A stretch of 64,000 bases of DNA from Prorocentrum cordatum (taxonomy: Eukaryota): NCBI GenBank assembly GCA_963575745.1, contig CAUYUJ010000292.1, forward strand, positions 248,001 to 312,000, read 5' to 3'. Shown here one piece after another: positions 1-13,309 of the stretch (within the stretch, counting starts at the first letter, position 1; every line of letters starts with the position of its first letter). The translations under genes and the position numbers were made by a program. The notes under the pieces are model-generated. The model saw only the letters and a program-made list of their open reading frames with translations. It was not told the origin of the DNA and searched no databases.

Positions 1-271
1 TCCTCCTCCCTCCTTCTCCAACTCCCTTTTTCGCCTCATCCTCCTCATCCTCCCCCTCTTCCTTCTCCTCCCCCCTAGTTCCTCCCTCCCTCCTCTTTCC
101 CCTTCTTCTCCTCCTCCTCCTCCTCCTCCTCCTCCTCCGCCTCCTCCTCCTCCTCCTCCTCCCCTCGCCTTCTCCTGCCTCCTTCTCCTCCCATCCCCCC
201 TTCCTGCCTCCTCCTTCCCCTCCTGACTTTTCATCCTCTTCCTCCTCCCCCCCTTCCCGAGCGACCGAGGC

Positions 272-314
272 CCGGGCTGGTGTGCATCAGCGTCCGCACG
301 TGGGTGGCCACCGC
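272..314 (-). CDS. HDAC exon 9; the gene probably continues beyond the left edge
   Basis: cag|AVATHVRTLMHTSP, the C-terminal helix of the HDAC domain. The donor is ambiguous: GC after 272 or GT after 266. Confidence 0.75.
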
Positions 315-812
315 CTGCGCAGCCAGCTGCACCCACCCCGTCGGCCCCTCCGCCTCCAGCCAGCCCCCCGGCTCCAGCCACGTCGTCTCCCCCCCACCAT
401 TCCCCTCTCCTTCCCTCCCCCCCTCCTCTCAAGATCCTGCCTCCCCCCCCCCTCCCTCCTCCCTCCCTCCTGTCTCCCTCCTTGTCTCTGCGTTTCTTTT
501 TCTCATCCCCGCTCCCCCTTTCCCTCACCTCCCCCGCCCCTGGGGCCCGGGAGCACCCGATTGGGTCCCTGCCCTGTCACTCAAAAAGACCCCCGGGCGC
601 TGGGATTGTGGTCCCCGGTCCCTCGCCAGCCACCGCCTGGACCCAGCCACTTTGAGAACTGGCCCTGTGGCACTCCTGGCCTGGCTGTATTTTCTTATTG
701 ATGACGAGCTCATGCATCACCGACGCCCGATTGTAAGGACGTCGCTGCACTCATTGCACCAGGGCCGCGGTCATCCACGAATACACCCGCTTGCGGCGAA
801 GGACGAGGAGGA

Positions 813-1745
813 GGACCAGTGTAAATCCAAGACCTTTCAACGATGTCGCAACAAACCCTCCCTCCAAGTTGCCTCTTCAAGTGTCCCTGTAAAGGTTTGT
901 TCTCACTCAAGGAAGTGCCTCGTTGGAAGATAACCGTCTGAACATCTTGAACCTTACCAAAACACAATTCCTAATCCTTCTACAGCGAAGCAACGTTAAT
1001 GTTGCGCCCTGACGGTCCTAAATCGTGCCAGAAAGCCGCTCCTGGGACTTCAACACCGCGAATCAACGTGTCTGTTGCGCCCTGACAGTCCTACACCGTG
1101 CCAAAGCATCATACCTAGGACGTCAACCATCAGAACCCTTAACGCTGCTGTAAACTCTTAAAACACATGTGCGCGGCGCTGAAGCGAAAACCAAACTGTG
1201 AAGAAGGAGCCGCCCTCCATTCATGAAGCTCTCGCAACCTTTCAAGACTAATGTGCACGGCGCTAAGGTGAGAGCCAAGTGCTGAAAACCGCCCGCCCTC
1301 CATCCGTGAAACTCTGGCAAACTTGAAAAGCGAATGTGCGCCGCCCGCCCTCCATCCGTGAAGCTCTTGCAAACTCTTAACACGAATGTGCGCGGCGCCA
1401 GAGCGAGAACTACACATCGTTCATTTCTAATCGTGCTCATTTCTAAGTGTGCTCGTTTCTGATTGTTCCTGGCCCCCGAGTGGCCAGGAAGAAGCCCAGG
1501 GTAGCACAATTAGAAATGAAAGAGGAACTTGGCCCCCCAAACAATCAAGGAATGTTCGAATACATAGAAGTGAGCAATGTGTGCATTTTTGAAGGCCGCC
1601 CGCCCTCCATCCGTGACGCTGTTCCAACTCTTGGAGCTCAGGGACCATATGTATGGTGGGAACATCTCCCGCGGAACGCCCGGCACGCCCTACGGGCACG
1701 CCTCGGGGCGCGACAGGGAGAACTCATCCAGAAGGGAACGGCCTG
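813..1745 (+). repeat. Dispersed composite repeat family A (conserved head + about 60-bp internal array), copy 1
   Basis: Head GACCAGTGTAAATCCAAG...CTGGGACTTCAACACCGCGAATC, then units ATGTGCGCGGCGCT...GAAAAC...CCGCCCTCCATCCGTGAAGCTCT. Flanked by (GGA)n. Confidence 0.8.
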
Positions 1746-2046
1746 GAGGAGGAGGAGGAGGAGGAGGAGGAGGAGGAGGAGGAGGAGGAGGAGGAGAGGC
1801 AGGGCGAACACACAAACAGGGGCGGCCAGACATGCCTAAGGAGCGGGAGGGGGGAGACGGGGGTCGGTGGTCGCGTCGTCGGGGGTCGGGGCCGTGATCG
1901 CGGTCTCCGTTGCCGTGGTCGCAAGCGTCGCGGTCAATATGGCCCTGCTCGCCGCTGCTGCCGGGGTCGCTGCCGTACTAGTGGCGGTCATGCTGGATGG
2001 TGCCGTGGTGGTGGTGGTTAGATGTGGTGCTGGGAGCTGTGGGCCT

Positions 2047-2570
2047 TACTGGCCGATGACGCTAAGCACCATCTCTGCGCTGCCGCGTTGGAGCTGTCGG
2101 GATAGCTGCCGCCACACCCTGCCGAGCGTCTCGCCTGGGCCACTTCATCGACGTTGTGCCCATGAGCTCCGATGAACTCTGCGGCTTCGTCGGACGGTCG
2201 GCCCAAAGTCTCGAAAACCAAAAGGGCAAGGTCACCCAGGGGGGGATAACCGGGTCCTCTTTTCCCACACCATGGTTGCTGCGGCCACGCCTTCGTTGTT
2301 GGACCGGGCTTGTTTGCGAGGGGCATGCTCTGAACGTTCGCAGGTAGTGCTTCAGTCAGCGGGCCGAGCAGCGACCAAATCCGTGGTGGCGACGTCCAGT
2401 TTGACAGCCACCAGCACGCCTGTGCGCCGGTTGACGCGGTCCCACGCTGCGACAAGCTGCTCGGTGGCCGCGGCGAGGCCAATGAGGGTGGTGCGCAGCT
2501 GTGTGTGGCAATCCCGTATGCGGTCATGCTGGGCGGTGCGGGACTGTCCAACTCCGCAACACTTCGCGGG
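2047..2570 (-). mobile_element. CRE-like non-LTR retrotransposon 3' fragment, downstream part (restriction-like endonuclease)
   Basis: AKCCGVGQSRTAQHDRIRD...LDVATTD...YPP...VFETLGRP...WRQLSRQLQRGSAEMVLSVIGQ* across frames, matching the RHD-x-RD, DV, ETxG and LQRGNA-like RLE motifs. Confidence 0.7.
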
Positions 2571-2787
2571 CACGCACCCACGTACCCACGCACGCACCGA
2601 CGGTACGCACGCACGCACCCACGCACACACGCACGCATGCACGCGCGCACCTACCTACCTACCTACCTACCTACCTACCTACCTACCTACCTACCTACCG
2701 ACCTACGTATGTATGTACGTACATGCATGCATGCATGCATGCATGCATACTTACATACAGGCAGATGCACACACACAGACACACTCA

Positions 2788-2825
<38 letters not shown>

Positions 2826-4224
2826 CACACACACACACGCGCGCCTATAGGGGTGACGGAGGGGGGCTGCGGGTGCGTGTTGTCGGACGGGTGTCCCCGC
2901 TCGAACAGGAGCCTCCCCCCGGGGTCCGACGACCCGTGCCCATGCTCCCCAGGGTCCGAAAGCCCGCACACACGCCCACAGCCAGCGCTTCTCCCTCCGA
3001 GCCCTCTGTGGGCATGGGCGCGTTGCGCTCGCTCGCAGCACGTCTGATAACGAAAAACTGGGCGCCCCGCAGCTCCGCGGCGTGCCGTGCAGTAGGCGCG
3101 TGCGGCACCACGCACTCCGGTCACGCGCTGCAGGGCCTCTTGGCGGAACTGCTGCGGGCCCCTCTTCTGCCGCGGCCGGGCACGCCGGGGCTAAGCATCT
3201 CAAGACGGACTGACGGGAGGCTGGAAGTGGCACGCACTCCGAGGAGGAGGAGGTGCCCATGCTGCTACCTCTCGCCCGCTTTCCCCTTACGCGGGGCCTC
3301 CCGGAGGGCCCTCGTCGCCACCGCCTGGAGTCGCGTCGAAGCCCTGGCGACAGCGCGCCCCTGGAGAGATCCGGGGAGCAGCGGTCTCGGTGCCTTTGGG
3401 CTTCCCCACGCGCACGCGTGCACCTGGTGGCGGCACGCAGCCCACTCGCAGCAGGTGTCGCCGCGCGGTCGGCTCCGACGCGCGGCCTGACGTTTCGGGG
3501 AGGGCGCCGCGTCCACCAGGGCCGAGTCCGCCTCGGGCGCAGAGCTTGCCGCGGGTTTGCCGCGGTGCCCGCTGCGTCTGCTCGGGTGCGGGGCGCAGGG
3601 TTTGCCGTATGTGTTTACAGTGGTGCCGGCGTTGTCCATTTGGGCGCGTTCGAGACAAGAACGGCGCGGCGACATGTGCCCTGGAGCGCAACGATTCCCC
3701 CCTCCTCTCCTCCCTCCCTTTCGCAGGAATCTCATTTCCGCCCTCGACGTCGCGATGTTTCACAGCGTCGAACCCTCAGAGGTCTCCGGGCGATTTCCCC
3801 GTGACCAGCTTTCCATCGCCTGCCTCCGGCTGTTTCCGGCCTAGCGAGGGCTCCCGAAGGCCGAAAACCCGAAAACTTCCATCGTGATTGGAGAGGCCTG
3901 ACGGCTGGTGCCGCCGACCCTGATCGAAAGGGCTAGGAGTGGGGGGAGGAAGCGGAGGATGAGGAGCAGGAGGAGGAAGAGGAGGATGAGGAGCAGGAGG
4001 AGGAGGAGGAGGAGGAGGAGGAGGAGGAGGAGAAGGAGGAGGAGGAAGAGGAGGCTTCCATGGTGATTTCTTTACGATGCGAGCATGCCTGGGCTTTCGG
4101 GCCACAGCTCAGCTATCCAGCATCCGTGCGGGGCGGTCCCTGCGCGCCTCCGGAGCGCCCTCGGCGAGGCGCAGCTGCCAGCACGCATAACTCGAGGCAC
4201 GTCCGAGAAAACCGCGGACCTCGC

Positions 4225-4600
4225 CACCCGTAACCGTCCAGTGGCGCGCCGCAGACGCTACCGTCGTCGCGGCAGTGCTCGCACGCGGCGCCCAGCGGGC
4301 AGACGTAGCACCAGAGGCGAGGCGTCATTGCGGTGAGGAAGTGTTTGGCGGACATGGCCGGGTCGCCCTCCTCGCAGGGCAGAACGAAGCCGCTGGCCCC
4401 CGTTCCGCCGGCGCCCCGGAGCGCCAGGCGGTCGTCCTCCCAGAGCGCGCCGAGAAGCTCGACTCTGGTGGCCGCGGAGCACGCCTTCCCCCACCTGCCT
4501 CGCAGCTTGGGGACGGGTTCTTGGAAGCAGCCCAGCCAGTCCAATTCGCCGCTCATTGCCCCCTCTGGGCGCCCGCGGTCGGCGGCTGATTCCATGAGTG
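4225..4600 (-). mobile_element. CRE-like non-LTR retrotransposon 3' fragment, upstream part (Cys-rich region)
   Basis: RLALRGAGGTGASGFVLP...MSAKHFLTAMTPRL...CPLGAACEHCRDDGSVCGAPLDGYGW resembles the pre-endonuclease Zn-knuckle region of CRE-clade elements. Confidence 0.65.
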
Positions 4601-4889
4601 CCTTGTGGGTCAGGGGGCACTGCGCTCGAAGCCGAGCAAGTTCCTGCCCAGATTATGCGATGATGCTGCTTCTTATCCGCCATGCTGCTGTCACTACCAA
4701 ATGTGCCAAAATACGCACTTGTCGTGCCGATTCGTCCGCGGCCTGCTATGGCAGTGCGACCTCCAGAACTGAATCCCACCAGCCCTCTGGGCATAGGTGG
4801 TCTAGAGCGCTTCCTCTTCCGCCCCCTTCTTCTCCTTCGGGGAGGGGTTTGCCCCTCATCCTTGGCCCCTCCCCTGGACAAGGGCGGGG

Positions 4890-5370
4890 GGGTTCGCGAC
4901 GGGCTGGAGCGTCCGAGATGGCCCAAGACGGCTCCAAGATCGCCTCTGAGAGCCCAAGGTGGCCTCCAAGATGGCTCAAAATGGCCCAAGATGCCTCAAG
5001 ATGGCTTCCAAGATGCTCCAAGAGGCCCTGAGAACGCTCCAAGACGTCTCCAGGAGGCCGCCAAGAGGCCCCAATCGTTCCAAAACCTTAAAAGGAAACC
5101 GATGTAGTTTGCTTTCTCGCCTTTTCGCTTCCGATGGCCTTCCGAGGCCTCAGGATGGCTCCAAGATGGCCCAAGAGGGCTCCAAGAGGGGCCCGAGAGG
5201 CCCCCAAGACGGCCCAAAGAGCGCCCCAAGAGGCGATGTTTTGGGCTCCCGAGGGGGGGGCTTAATTAAAGCCCCCCCCCACACTTTTTTGATCGGTGTC
5301 TTCCAAAGATGGCTCCAAGAACGCCCCTAAAGCTTCCGAGAGCGCCCAAAGAGGGCCCCATGAGCCGAGA
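4890..5370 (+). repeat. CCAAGA(T/C)GG about 11-bp degenerate repeat family (also about 14460-14950 on -, 31500-32690, 62880-63320)
   Basis: Recurrent GCCCAAGACGGCTCCAAGATGG-type units. Confidence 0.7.
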
Positions 5371-8123
5371 GGCATTCAAGAGTCTTCTGGCTCTTCTGTT
5401 CGCCCTTTTCCTCCTCCTCCTCCTCCTCCTCCTGCTCCTCCTCCTCCTCCTCATCCCATCCTCGCTCGATTCCAAGTCCTCCTCCTCCTTCCTCCTCTTC
5501 GCCCTCCTCCACCTCCTCCTCCTCCTCGTCCTCCTGCTCCTTCTCCCCTCCTTGGGGTACGATGGTTTCTCCATCCCTGTATTCATATGTATGCTCCCCC
5601 GCGTCGTTGATCATAACAACTCGTCTGGGCATTGCTTCTGGATGGGCTGCCCTTCTCCTTCTCCGTCTCCTCCTCCTCCTCATCCACCTAGTCCTCCTCC
5701 TCCTCCTTCCTCTGTCCGCCTCCCTCTCCCCCTCCTACTCCTCCTCCACCTCCTCCTCATCTTTCTCCTGCTCCTCCCTGTCCTCCTCCTCCTCCCCCTC
5801 CTCCTCCTCCTCCTCCTCCTCCTCCTCCTCTTCCTCATTCTCCTCCTCCTCCTCACCATCCGTTTCCTCATCCATCCTCCCCCTCTTGGGGTATGATGGC
5901 TTCTCCACCCCTTGCTTACACTACATGTTCCTCACCATCCCTAATCAAGGTAACTCGCCTGGGCATCGTTTCTGGATGGGCTGGTGGGGTTACGCGGAGT
6001 CTAGACTTTGTGGCCTCCTCGCATTGAAGAACATACTCGCCGAATGTGCCGTTGAGACTGTCGGTAGCCCTCGCCACAGACAAACAAGACAATGCACACA
6101 ACGACTGCGTTTCAATGCCTGTTCTCTTCAACTGCACTGTCACTCCCGCGCGGGTCGACAGCACTCTGTTCCAGGACAAGGCCGTCTGTGGCCTGCTGGA
6201 GCATCGTGCGAGCTCCCTCACAAGTGGCCGCACAGAGACCAGATCATCAGGACGCACGGTAAGGATGCAAGGCCCTCTGGACGCCCAAACTGATGCCGAA
6301 GTTGGAAGCCGATGGCCCATGGCCCATGGCCGAGGGTTCGGATGGGCCGATCGGCAAGGATGCAGGAGGAGGGGGAAGAGGAGGAGGAGGAGGAGGAGGA
6401 GGAGGAGGAGGAGGAGGAGAAGAAGGAAGAAGAAGGAAGAAGAGTAGGAGGAGGAAGAAGAAGAGGAGGAAGAGGAGGAGGAGGAGGAGGAGGAGGAGGA
6501 GGAGGAGGAGGAGGGAGGAGGAGGAGGATGGGTTCAGCAGAAAGCAAGGGCCTAGGCTGTGCGCTGTTCTGGAGCTACCGGGCGCGTCTCCCATCCAGAG
6601 GGGCAAGAAATCCCCCCCCCTCACTAGAGAGCAGAACATCCAGCCCCATGATTTAGCAAACGCACCCCAACACAATAAGGAAACAAGGCAGAGCTGTCTA
6701 GTAAACGCCCAAACCGTGAAATAAACGCCAATTGTCGGGTCCGTTTTTTTTCCTCCCTTGTTTCGCGGCTCATGGCAGCAACACCACGTCTCCCAAATGT
6801 GCACTATGTGTAAGCTCGGTCGACCGAGATTTCAAGGCAGGGCCAACACAGAGACCGTCCATGGAATGCCAGGGCAGAGGTGCGTGCGGCAACGCATGCA
6901 ATCATGTAACAGACATGGCCAACTGCCCGTTGTACTTCACACAAATGGGCGATGACGCCGTCCTCCCGGACAACGTGTCCGACAATCCCGCCAATCCCAC
7001 ATCCGGGTCAATCGGCTGCATTGTGCCCGTGATTGAGCGCTTGGGGCCGCGTGGGCGCAGCCCCGACTGCTGCCTAGCGCGCCCTCAGAAACGGCCTCTT
7101 ATTTAAGGCCCTCCGCGCCAGAAAGGGCGTGGAGGCGAAACGAGACAGCCTCGGCGTAGTGGCTGCGCATCCCAGGGATCTGTCGGAGACCCCACTGGGC
7201 AAATGGTCATGTAATTGTCGAATTGATGGCTCTCGTACTCCTTCGCTGCTGCATGATTATTCATCGGGAATCGGTGTTCAACCCGGATTTCCCGCAGGCT
7301 TGCGTGACTCGGATGAAGACGAATGTACGGACCAGAGGATGAGGAGGATGAGGCCGCCCCCAACAGGCTGATGATGCAGCCTCTTCACAACATAATCGCA
7401 AGGCTGTCTCTCTGCCAGCCCTTGTGCTGAATATGGCTGGGCGTGCCGTTTCCAGTGCTGTATCTGCATGCTTTGCCATGGCTACTCTGGTCTAAATCGT
7501 AAGTAGTGGCGTGAATTCTAAACACAGAGGTCCGGGGGTGCCGGCGCTCCGCAAGAACAAGCTGGCTGAGGATTTCGCTGAGGGACCCAAGCCTGTAATT
7601 ACCCAAATTTGCCCGTAAGTCGCAAGGGACCCCTCTCGCTTACGCCGAGAGGGGTGGGCAACTCCATGCAACTGCCCTGAGTCCTGGCTTCCCCTTGCGC
7701 GTGGCTGGCTATCGCACGCACTCCTCATCACATCCACCTGACGATTCCCACACCCTGCTCCTCCTCCTCCTCCTCCTCTTCCTCCTCCTCCTCCTCCTCC
7801 TCCTCCTCCACGTCTTCCTCCATTACCTGATCATCCTCCTGCTCCGCCTCCCCCCGATCACCCTCCAAGGTCACGAACGCTCCTGTTCCTCCTCCTCGTC
7901 ATCAATTTTTCTTTCGTCTCCTGCTGATGTTCTACACCCCTGCCCCTCTTCGCACTCTTCGTCAACGGCCGCAGACCTGTCCTGGAACGCTTTATGACCA
8001 ATACTCCGACGCGAAGACGGCTGTGGCGACGAGGGCCAACGAGGTGCTAAACAACACTCCGACAATCTTGTCGTCCTCGTCCTCCTCGATAACCACTTTG
8101 CCTGCTCCACTTGCTCTGGCGGC

Positions 8124-8202
8124 CTGGGCGAATGGTGACAACGCCTCCGCGCGCGTGTTGTAGCCACCCTCCAGCACAGAGACCAACCTGCCTTTGCAGC
8201 AC
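8124..8202 (-). CDS. HDAC exon 8 (LEGGY catalytic Tyr)
   Basis: (R)CCKGRLVSVLEGGYNTRAEALSPFAQ. AAG acceptor, GC donor. Confidence 0.93.
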
Positions 8203-8389
8203 CTTCCGGAGCAGGAGGGCTGGGAGGATGGGGCGGAGAAAGGAATTCGTGAACTCGTGGGGCCCGAAGCGTCTCTGCATCAAAGGCTTTGAGGAACAGG
8301 GGAATAATGATTCGTCGACTCGTGGGGCCCAAAAAACGTCTTAACATCAAATGCTTTGACGAGGAGGCGCGTTCGTGAGCTCGCCGGGG

Positions 8390-8815
8390 CCGATACGCCT
8401 CCAAAGCGGACGCGCCGAGGGGAAGGATGGTCGGCGGTGCGACGGGGCCGAAATACAGCGGTCGCGGCGGAAGGGGCGGTGCGCTGGGCTGCTTGGGAAA
8501 ACGGGGCGGAGGGGGAGGGCGGTGCGACGGGAGGGAAGGGGGAGGCGATGCGACGACGCCGCAAGAAAGCTGTCGCGGCGGAAGGGGCGGCGCGCTGGGC
8601 TGCTGGGGGAGGAAGGGGCGAGGGGGGAGTAGGCCGGTGCGACGGGGAGGGGCGGTGCGACGACGCCGAAATAAACTGGTCGCGGCGGAGGGGGCGGTGC
8701 GCTGGGTTGCCGGGGAAGGGGGCGCGGGGGGGGGGAGGGGGGCGTGCGGGGGGTAGGGGCGGTGCGACGACGCCGAAAGAAAACAATCGCGGCGGAGGGG
8801 GCGGCGCGCTGGGCT
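8390..8815. repeat. GC-rich minisatellite (GCGGTGCGACG / GTCGCGGCGGAGGGGGCGG)
   Basis: Same family as 10891-10950 and 13310-14340. Confidence 0.8.
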
Positions 8816-9494
8816 AATGGGGGGAGGGGGTAGGGGTAGGGGCAAGTTAGCCAGCTCGAACGAGCCAGGGGGCTCCGTCCACTCCCACCCGCCCTCCCGC
8901 AACATAAGAAGCAAGTGCGTCGCGTCCGACGCCTGTCACTCATCTATATCGTGGGCGGCTAGACGTTCAGCGCGCGACATGAGCTGCGTCCGATTCCTGC
9001 CGCGTATTGAGCCACGTCGACGGGAAACAAAACCGCGCGCGATGAACGCCCGCCCAGCTACTCAACCCGACGGGCCGCAGCGTCGACGACACGAAAGTCC
9101 ATGTTGACGAGCATGCGTCCCCGCGCGATGTGCGCCGCGTCCCATTCCCTCTACGCGATTCGCAGCGCCGACGAGGAGAAAGTACATGTTGGCAAGAAAA
9201 ACGTCGTTGTTGCGGTGTCTTTTGACCGGTCGGACGGGGGGTCCCGCGTAGGGTTGGCCAGGCATCCGCGCGCGATGTGCGCCGCGTCCCATTCCTGCCA
9301 CACTCTTCGCAGCGTCGACGACAAGAAAGTCCATGTTGACGAGGAAAACGTTGACTTTGTCAGAGTGAGGGGGCCGAACGGTCATTCACTGTCCCTGGGT
9401 GCGTGGCTGAAGTGGGATTCCGCGGTGCGGATTCGTGTTGTTGTTGTTGTTGTTTGTTGTTGTTGTTGTTTGTTGTCGTCGTCCCACCCGCCAC

Positions 9495-10180
9495 CCGCCC
9501 CGCGACCCACCGGCGACCCATCCCGCGACCCACCCGCGACCCACCCGCGACCCACCCGCGACCCACCCGCGACCCATCCCGCGACCCACCCCACGACCCA
9601 TCCCGCGACCCACCCCGCGACCCACCCGCGACCCACCCGCGACCCACCCGCGACCCACCCCACGACCCACCCCGCGACCCACCGGCGACCCACCCGCGAC
9701 CCACCCGCGACCCACCCCGCGACTCACCCGCGACCACCCGCGACCCACCCGCGACCCACCCGCGACCCACCCGCGACCCACCCGCGACCCACCCCGCGAC
9801 CCACCCGCGACCCACCCGCGACCCAAACCACGTTCAAGGTGCAAACCAACATTTTCGGCGCCTGCGGCGGGCTTTTTTTGCATTCCTTCCAGGTGGAGAG
9901 CCCGCGACCCACCCCGCGACCACCCCGCGACCAACCCGCGACCCAAACCACGTTCAGGGTACAAACCACATTTTCGGCGCCTGCGGCGGGCATCTTTTGC
10001 ATTCCTTCTAGGTGGAGAGACCGCAGCCCACCCGCGACCACGTTCAGGGTACAAACCAAATTTTTCGGCGCCTGCGGCGGGCATCTTGTGCATTCGTTCC
10101 TGGTGGAGAACCCGCGGCCCACCAGCGACCCAAACCACGTTCAGTGTACAAACCAAATTTTTCGGCGCCTGCGGCGGGCT
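9495..10180. repeat. 12-bp CCCGCGACCCAC tandem array grading into about 100-120-bp units
   Basis: Direct reading. The later units carry ACCACGTTCAGGGTACAAACC...TTTTCGGCGCCTGCGGCGGG four times. Confidence 0.85.
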
Positions 10181-10253
10181 GCTTTTGCAGGAGGACGAGG
10201 AGGAGGAGGAGGAAGAGGAGGAGGAGGAGGAGGAGGAGGAGGAGGAGGAGGAG

Positions 10254-10293
<40 letters not shown>

Positions 10294-11289
10294 TCGACGA
10301 CGACGACAAAAAGGAGGAGGGGGGAGGATCGGGAGGGAGGAAGAGGAGGAGGACGACGAGGAGGATCATGCTGACAATGGGAGGACGATGATGGAAGGAC
10401 GAGGGGGGGAGAGGGAGGACGAGGAAGAAGAGGAGGAGGACGAGGTGGAGGAGGAGGACGACGATGACGATGAGGACGAGGACGAGGACGAGGAAGAGGA
10501 AGAGGAGGAGGAGGAGGAGGAGGAGGAGGAGGCGGAGGAGGAGGAGGAGGAGGAGGAGGGGGAGAAGGAGAGCGCCATCGACAAGGAAGGTGGGGGCCAC
10601 GAGGTCCGCCTGCTTGACGACGCCCGCGTCGCCCGCGCCCGCCCCCTCACTCTTATCCGCAATTGCGGGGTAAGTATTAATTTTTTGATGGGTAGGACGC
10701 GACCACCCGCTTAGGGTTACTCAAGCGATGTTCATTCCGTCCCATTCCTGCTGCACTTTTCGCAACTCGACGACATGTTGGCGAGAAAAAAAGAGCTTGT
10801 GTTGTTTGTTGACCGTGAGGACGGCGGGGTTGCTATCGGCAAGGCTAAGTGGGGATGTGGGAGTGTTATATCATGAGAAGTAAGGGTTGAATGCGGTGCG
10901 ACGGGGGGTGGGCGCGGTGCGACGTCGCGCGGAGTGGGCGGTGCGCTGGGGGGTTTAGGGTTTTGGGTTTAGGGCTTCCGCGCGGAACCATCCTATCCCC
11001 AACTCCTCAGGAGGTGGGGGGGGGATGGATGGATGCGTGCTGTCCCACCCCGTCCACCCATGGTCATTGCTTTAAGGGTTTAGGGATCACCCCCCCTCTC
11101 TCCCCCCTGTCTAGGGGGGAAGAGTGTTTGCGTGGAGTGCCGGCCGTTCCAGCGATGAGCCGAGGCTCGGACTGCGGCGCAGAGCCGAAGTCCTGAGACC
11201 CAGAGCGCCCGGAGCCTGGGCCAGCCAGGGCCTGACGCCCGGGGCGAAGCACGGCCCGGACCTGGGATCTGAAATCCGGAAACCTCAGG

Positions 11290-12080
11290 CTCGGAGCTCG
11301 GAGCCCGGCTCGACCGAGCTCAAAAGCATTTTCAGCACCGAGCCGCAAACAGCAAATTTGAGCACCTAAACGCTGCAAGCAGCAATTTCAACACGGAGCC
11401 GGAGCCAGATTCTCAAGCATTTTGAACACCAATCCAAACAGCAATTTTGAGCACCTAACCGCCGCAAACAACAATTTTAGCACGTAAACGCTGGAAGCGC
11501 CAATTTGAGTAGCTGGAGCCGGGCGCTGAAATTTTTTGAAGACCGAAGCGCCGCAAACAGAAATTTTAAGCATAAACGCTGCAAAGAGCTTGGAGCCCGG
11601 CCCGTCGGAGTCCTCAAGCATTTTGGGGACCAGCCGCCGCAAACAACAATTTTGAGCACGGAAACGCTCGTTTGAGTAGCCGGAGCCGGGCGCTGGAGCA
11701 TTTTGGGAACCGAGCCGCCGCAAAAGCAAATTTGAGCACCGAAACGCTGCAAACAGAAATTTCAGCATGGAGCTGAAGCCGGATCCTCAAGCATTTTGAA
11801 CATCAAAACGCTCCAAACAGCAAGTTTGAGCACCCAACCGCCTCAAACAGCAATTTTGAGCACAGAAACGCAGGAAACGCCAATTCGAGCAGCCGGAGCC
11901 GGGCGCTGAAACATTTTGGGGACTGAAATGTCGCAAACAGCAAATATGAGCACCAAAACGCTGCAAAAGCAATTTAAGCACGGAGCCGGAGCCGGAAACT
12001 CAAGCATTTTGGGAACCTAAACGTTCCAAACAGCAATTTTGAGCACCGAGACGCTGCAAGCAACAATTGGCACGGAGCCG
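11290..12080. repeat. Degenerate minisatellite (AATTTTGAGCACC..AACGCTGCAAACAGC units with GGAGCCGG spacers)
   Basis: About 30-nt subunits repeated many times with an about 120-nt higher-order period. Confidence 0.8.
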
Positions 12081-13309
12081 AAGCCACCCAGGCCCGACCC
12101 GGACCGCCGCTTTCACATTTCACGCGCGAGGAAACCCCAGCGCCAGGTGGGTGCCCGGGCCCAGGAAACCCACCCCCACCTGCCTGCGTGCACCTAGGAA
12201 ATTCAGCGCCCCCTGGCTGGGTGAACCTCGGAAACCCAGGCCCCCCTGCCTAGGTTAACCTGGGAACCCAAGCCAACGTTGGTGAGCTGACCTGGGAACC
12301 GAGGCCCACGTTGCTGGGCTAACCCTAGGGAACCAGACCTGGGTGTGTGCCCAGGGGAAGCCAGGCCCACGTGGCTGGGTGAACCTAGGGAACCAAGCCT
12401 ACGTTGGTGGCCCTAGGAAACCCAGGCGTAGGTTGCCTGGCGAAGGTTTCCAAGGGAACTGCGAGCGCTTCCGGCCCAGGATTAAGGGTTATCAGTTTCT
12501 GAGCAGAGCACCGCCTCAGGCCGGCAGGCCACTTGTAGCGGTGAGCTCGACGTGCAGCTCGCTCTCACTGCCAGAACCTTACAGGTGTGGCGATGCGCGC
12601 CCCCAGGTCCGCGCCTGCAGTTTAAGGTTTAGGGTTTAGGGTCCACTAGCCCAAACTCGCAACCTGTTGGACGTGTCCCACCCACCCATGACCCAAGACA
12701 TATTGATCTCAAAACGACAACTATGTTGTCTCCACACCGTGTCGCTGGCGCTGGGCCGAGCCCTTCACCGCGTCACGGCGGAATCGTAGCGATGCGTTGA
12801 GACCCGGCTTGAGCCGCTCACCGCCGCCGCCCACCGCGGCGCCCCCAGAAAAGCGTCGACGAGGCGCAGCTGCGCCTTCCTCCGGGAGCTTCTCGGGGAG
12901 AGGCTCCCGAGGGAGGGGGGCTTCTGGGCGGCCGTGGTCGTCCTGCCGCGCTGGATCCGTGGCGCTTGAGCGCGCCGCGGAGTGTCAGCGCGACGGGGCG
13001 GCCATAGCCGCTCGGAAACCCAGGGGGCCATGTCCAGCCTCCACGAGGCGGCTCCTGGGGAAGGGCACGGGGGCGGCGCTCAACCCGAAAGGGTCGAGGT
13101 CGCGCCCGTACCTTTCGCAAAGGACTAACGACGCCATGTCTGGCATTCCGATGCCAGCATCTCCTCCCAGAACGCCATTCCTGGCACTCCGAGGCCAAGA
13201 ATCTGCGTGAGGGGTGCGCCGAAATGGGGGGCGGCATAAAGGGGCGGCATAAGGGGCACCGAAGGGCGTCCGTGAGAGTTTCAGGATTTACTTATAGGCC
13301 CTTAGTTCT

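Noticed and set aside
6730..7740. Complex non-repetitive sequence, possibly a decayed retroelement
   Set aside because: No motif could be identified with confidence in any frame.
9101..10714. 537-aa ORF
   Set aside because: Composed of tandem repeats and GAG/GAC tracts.
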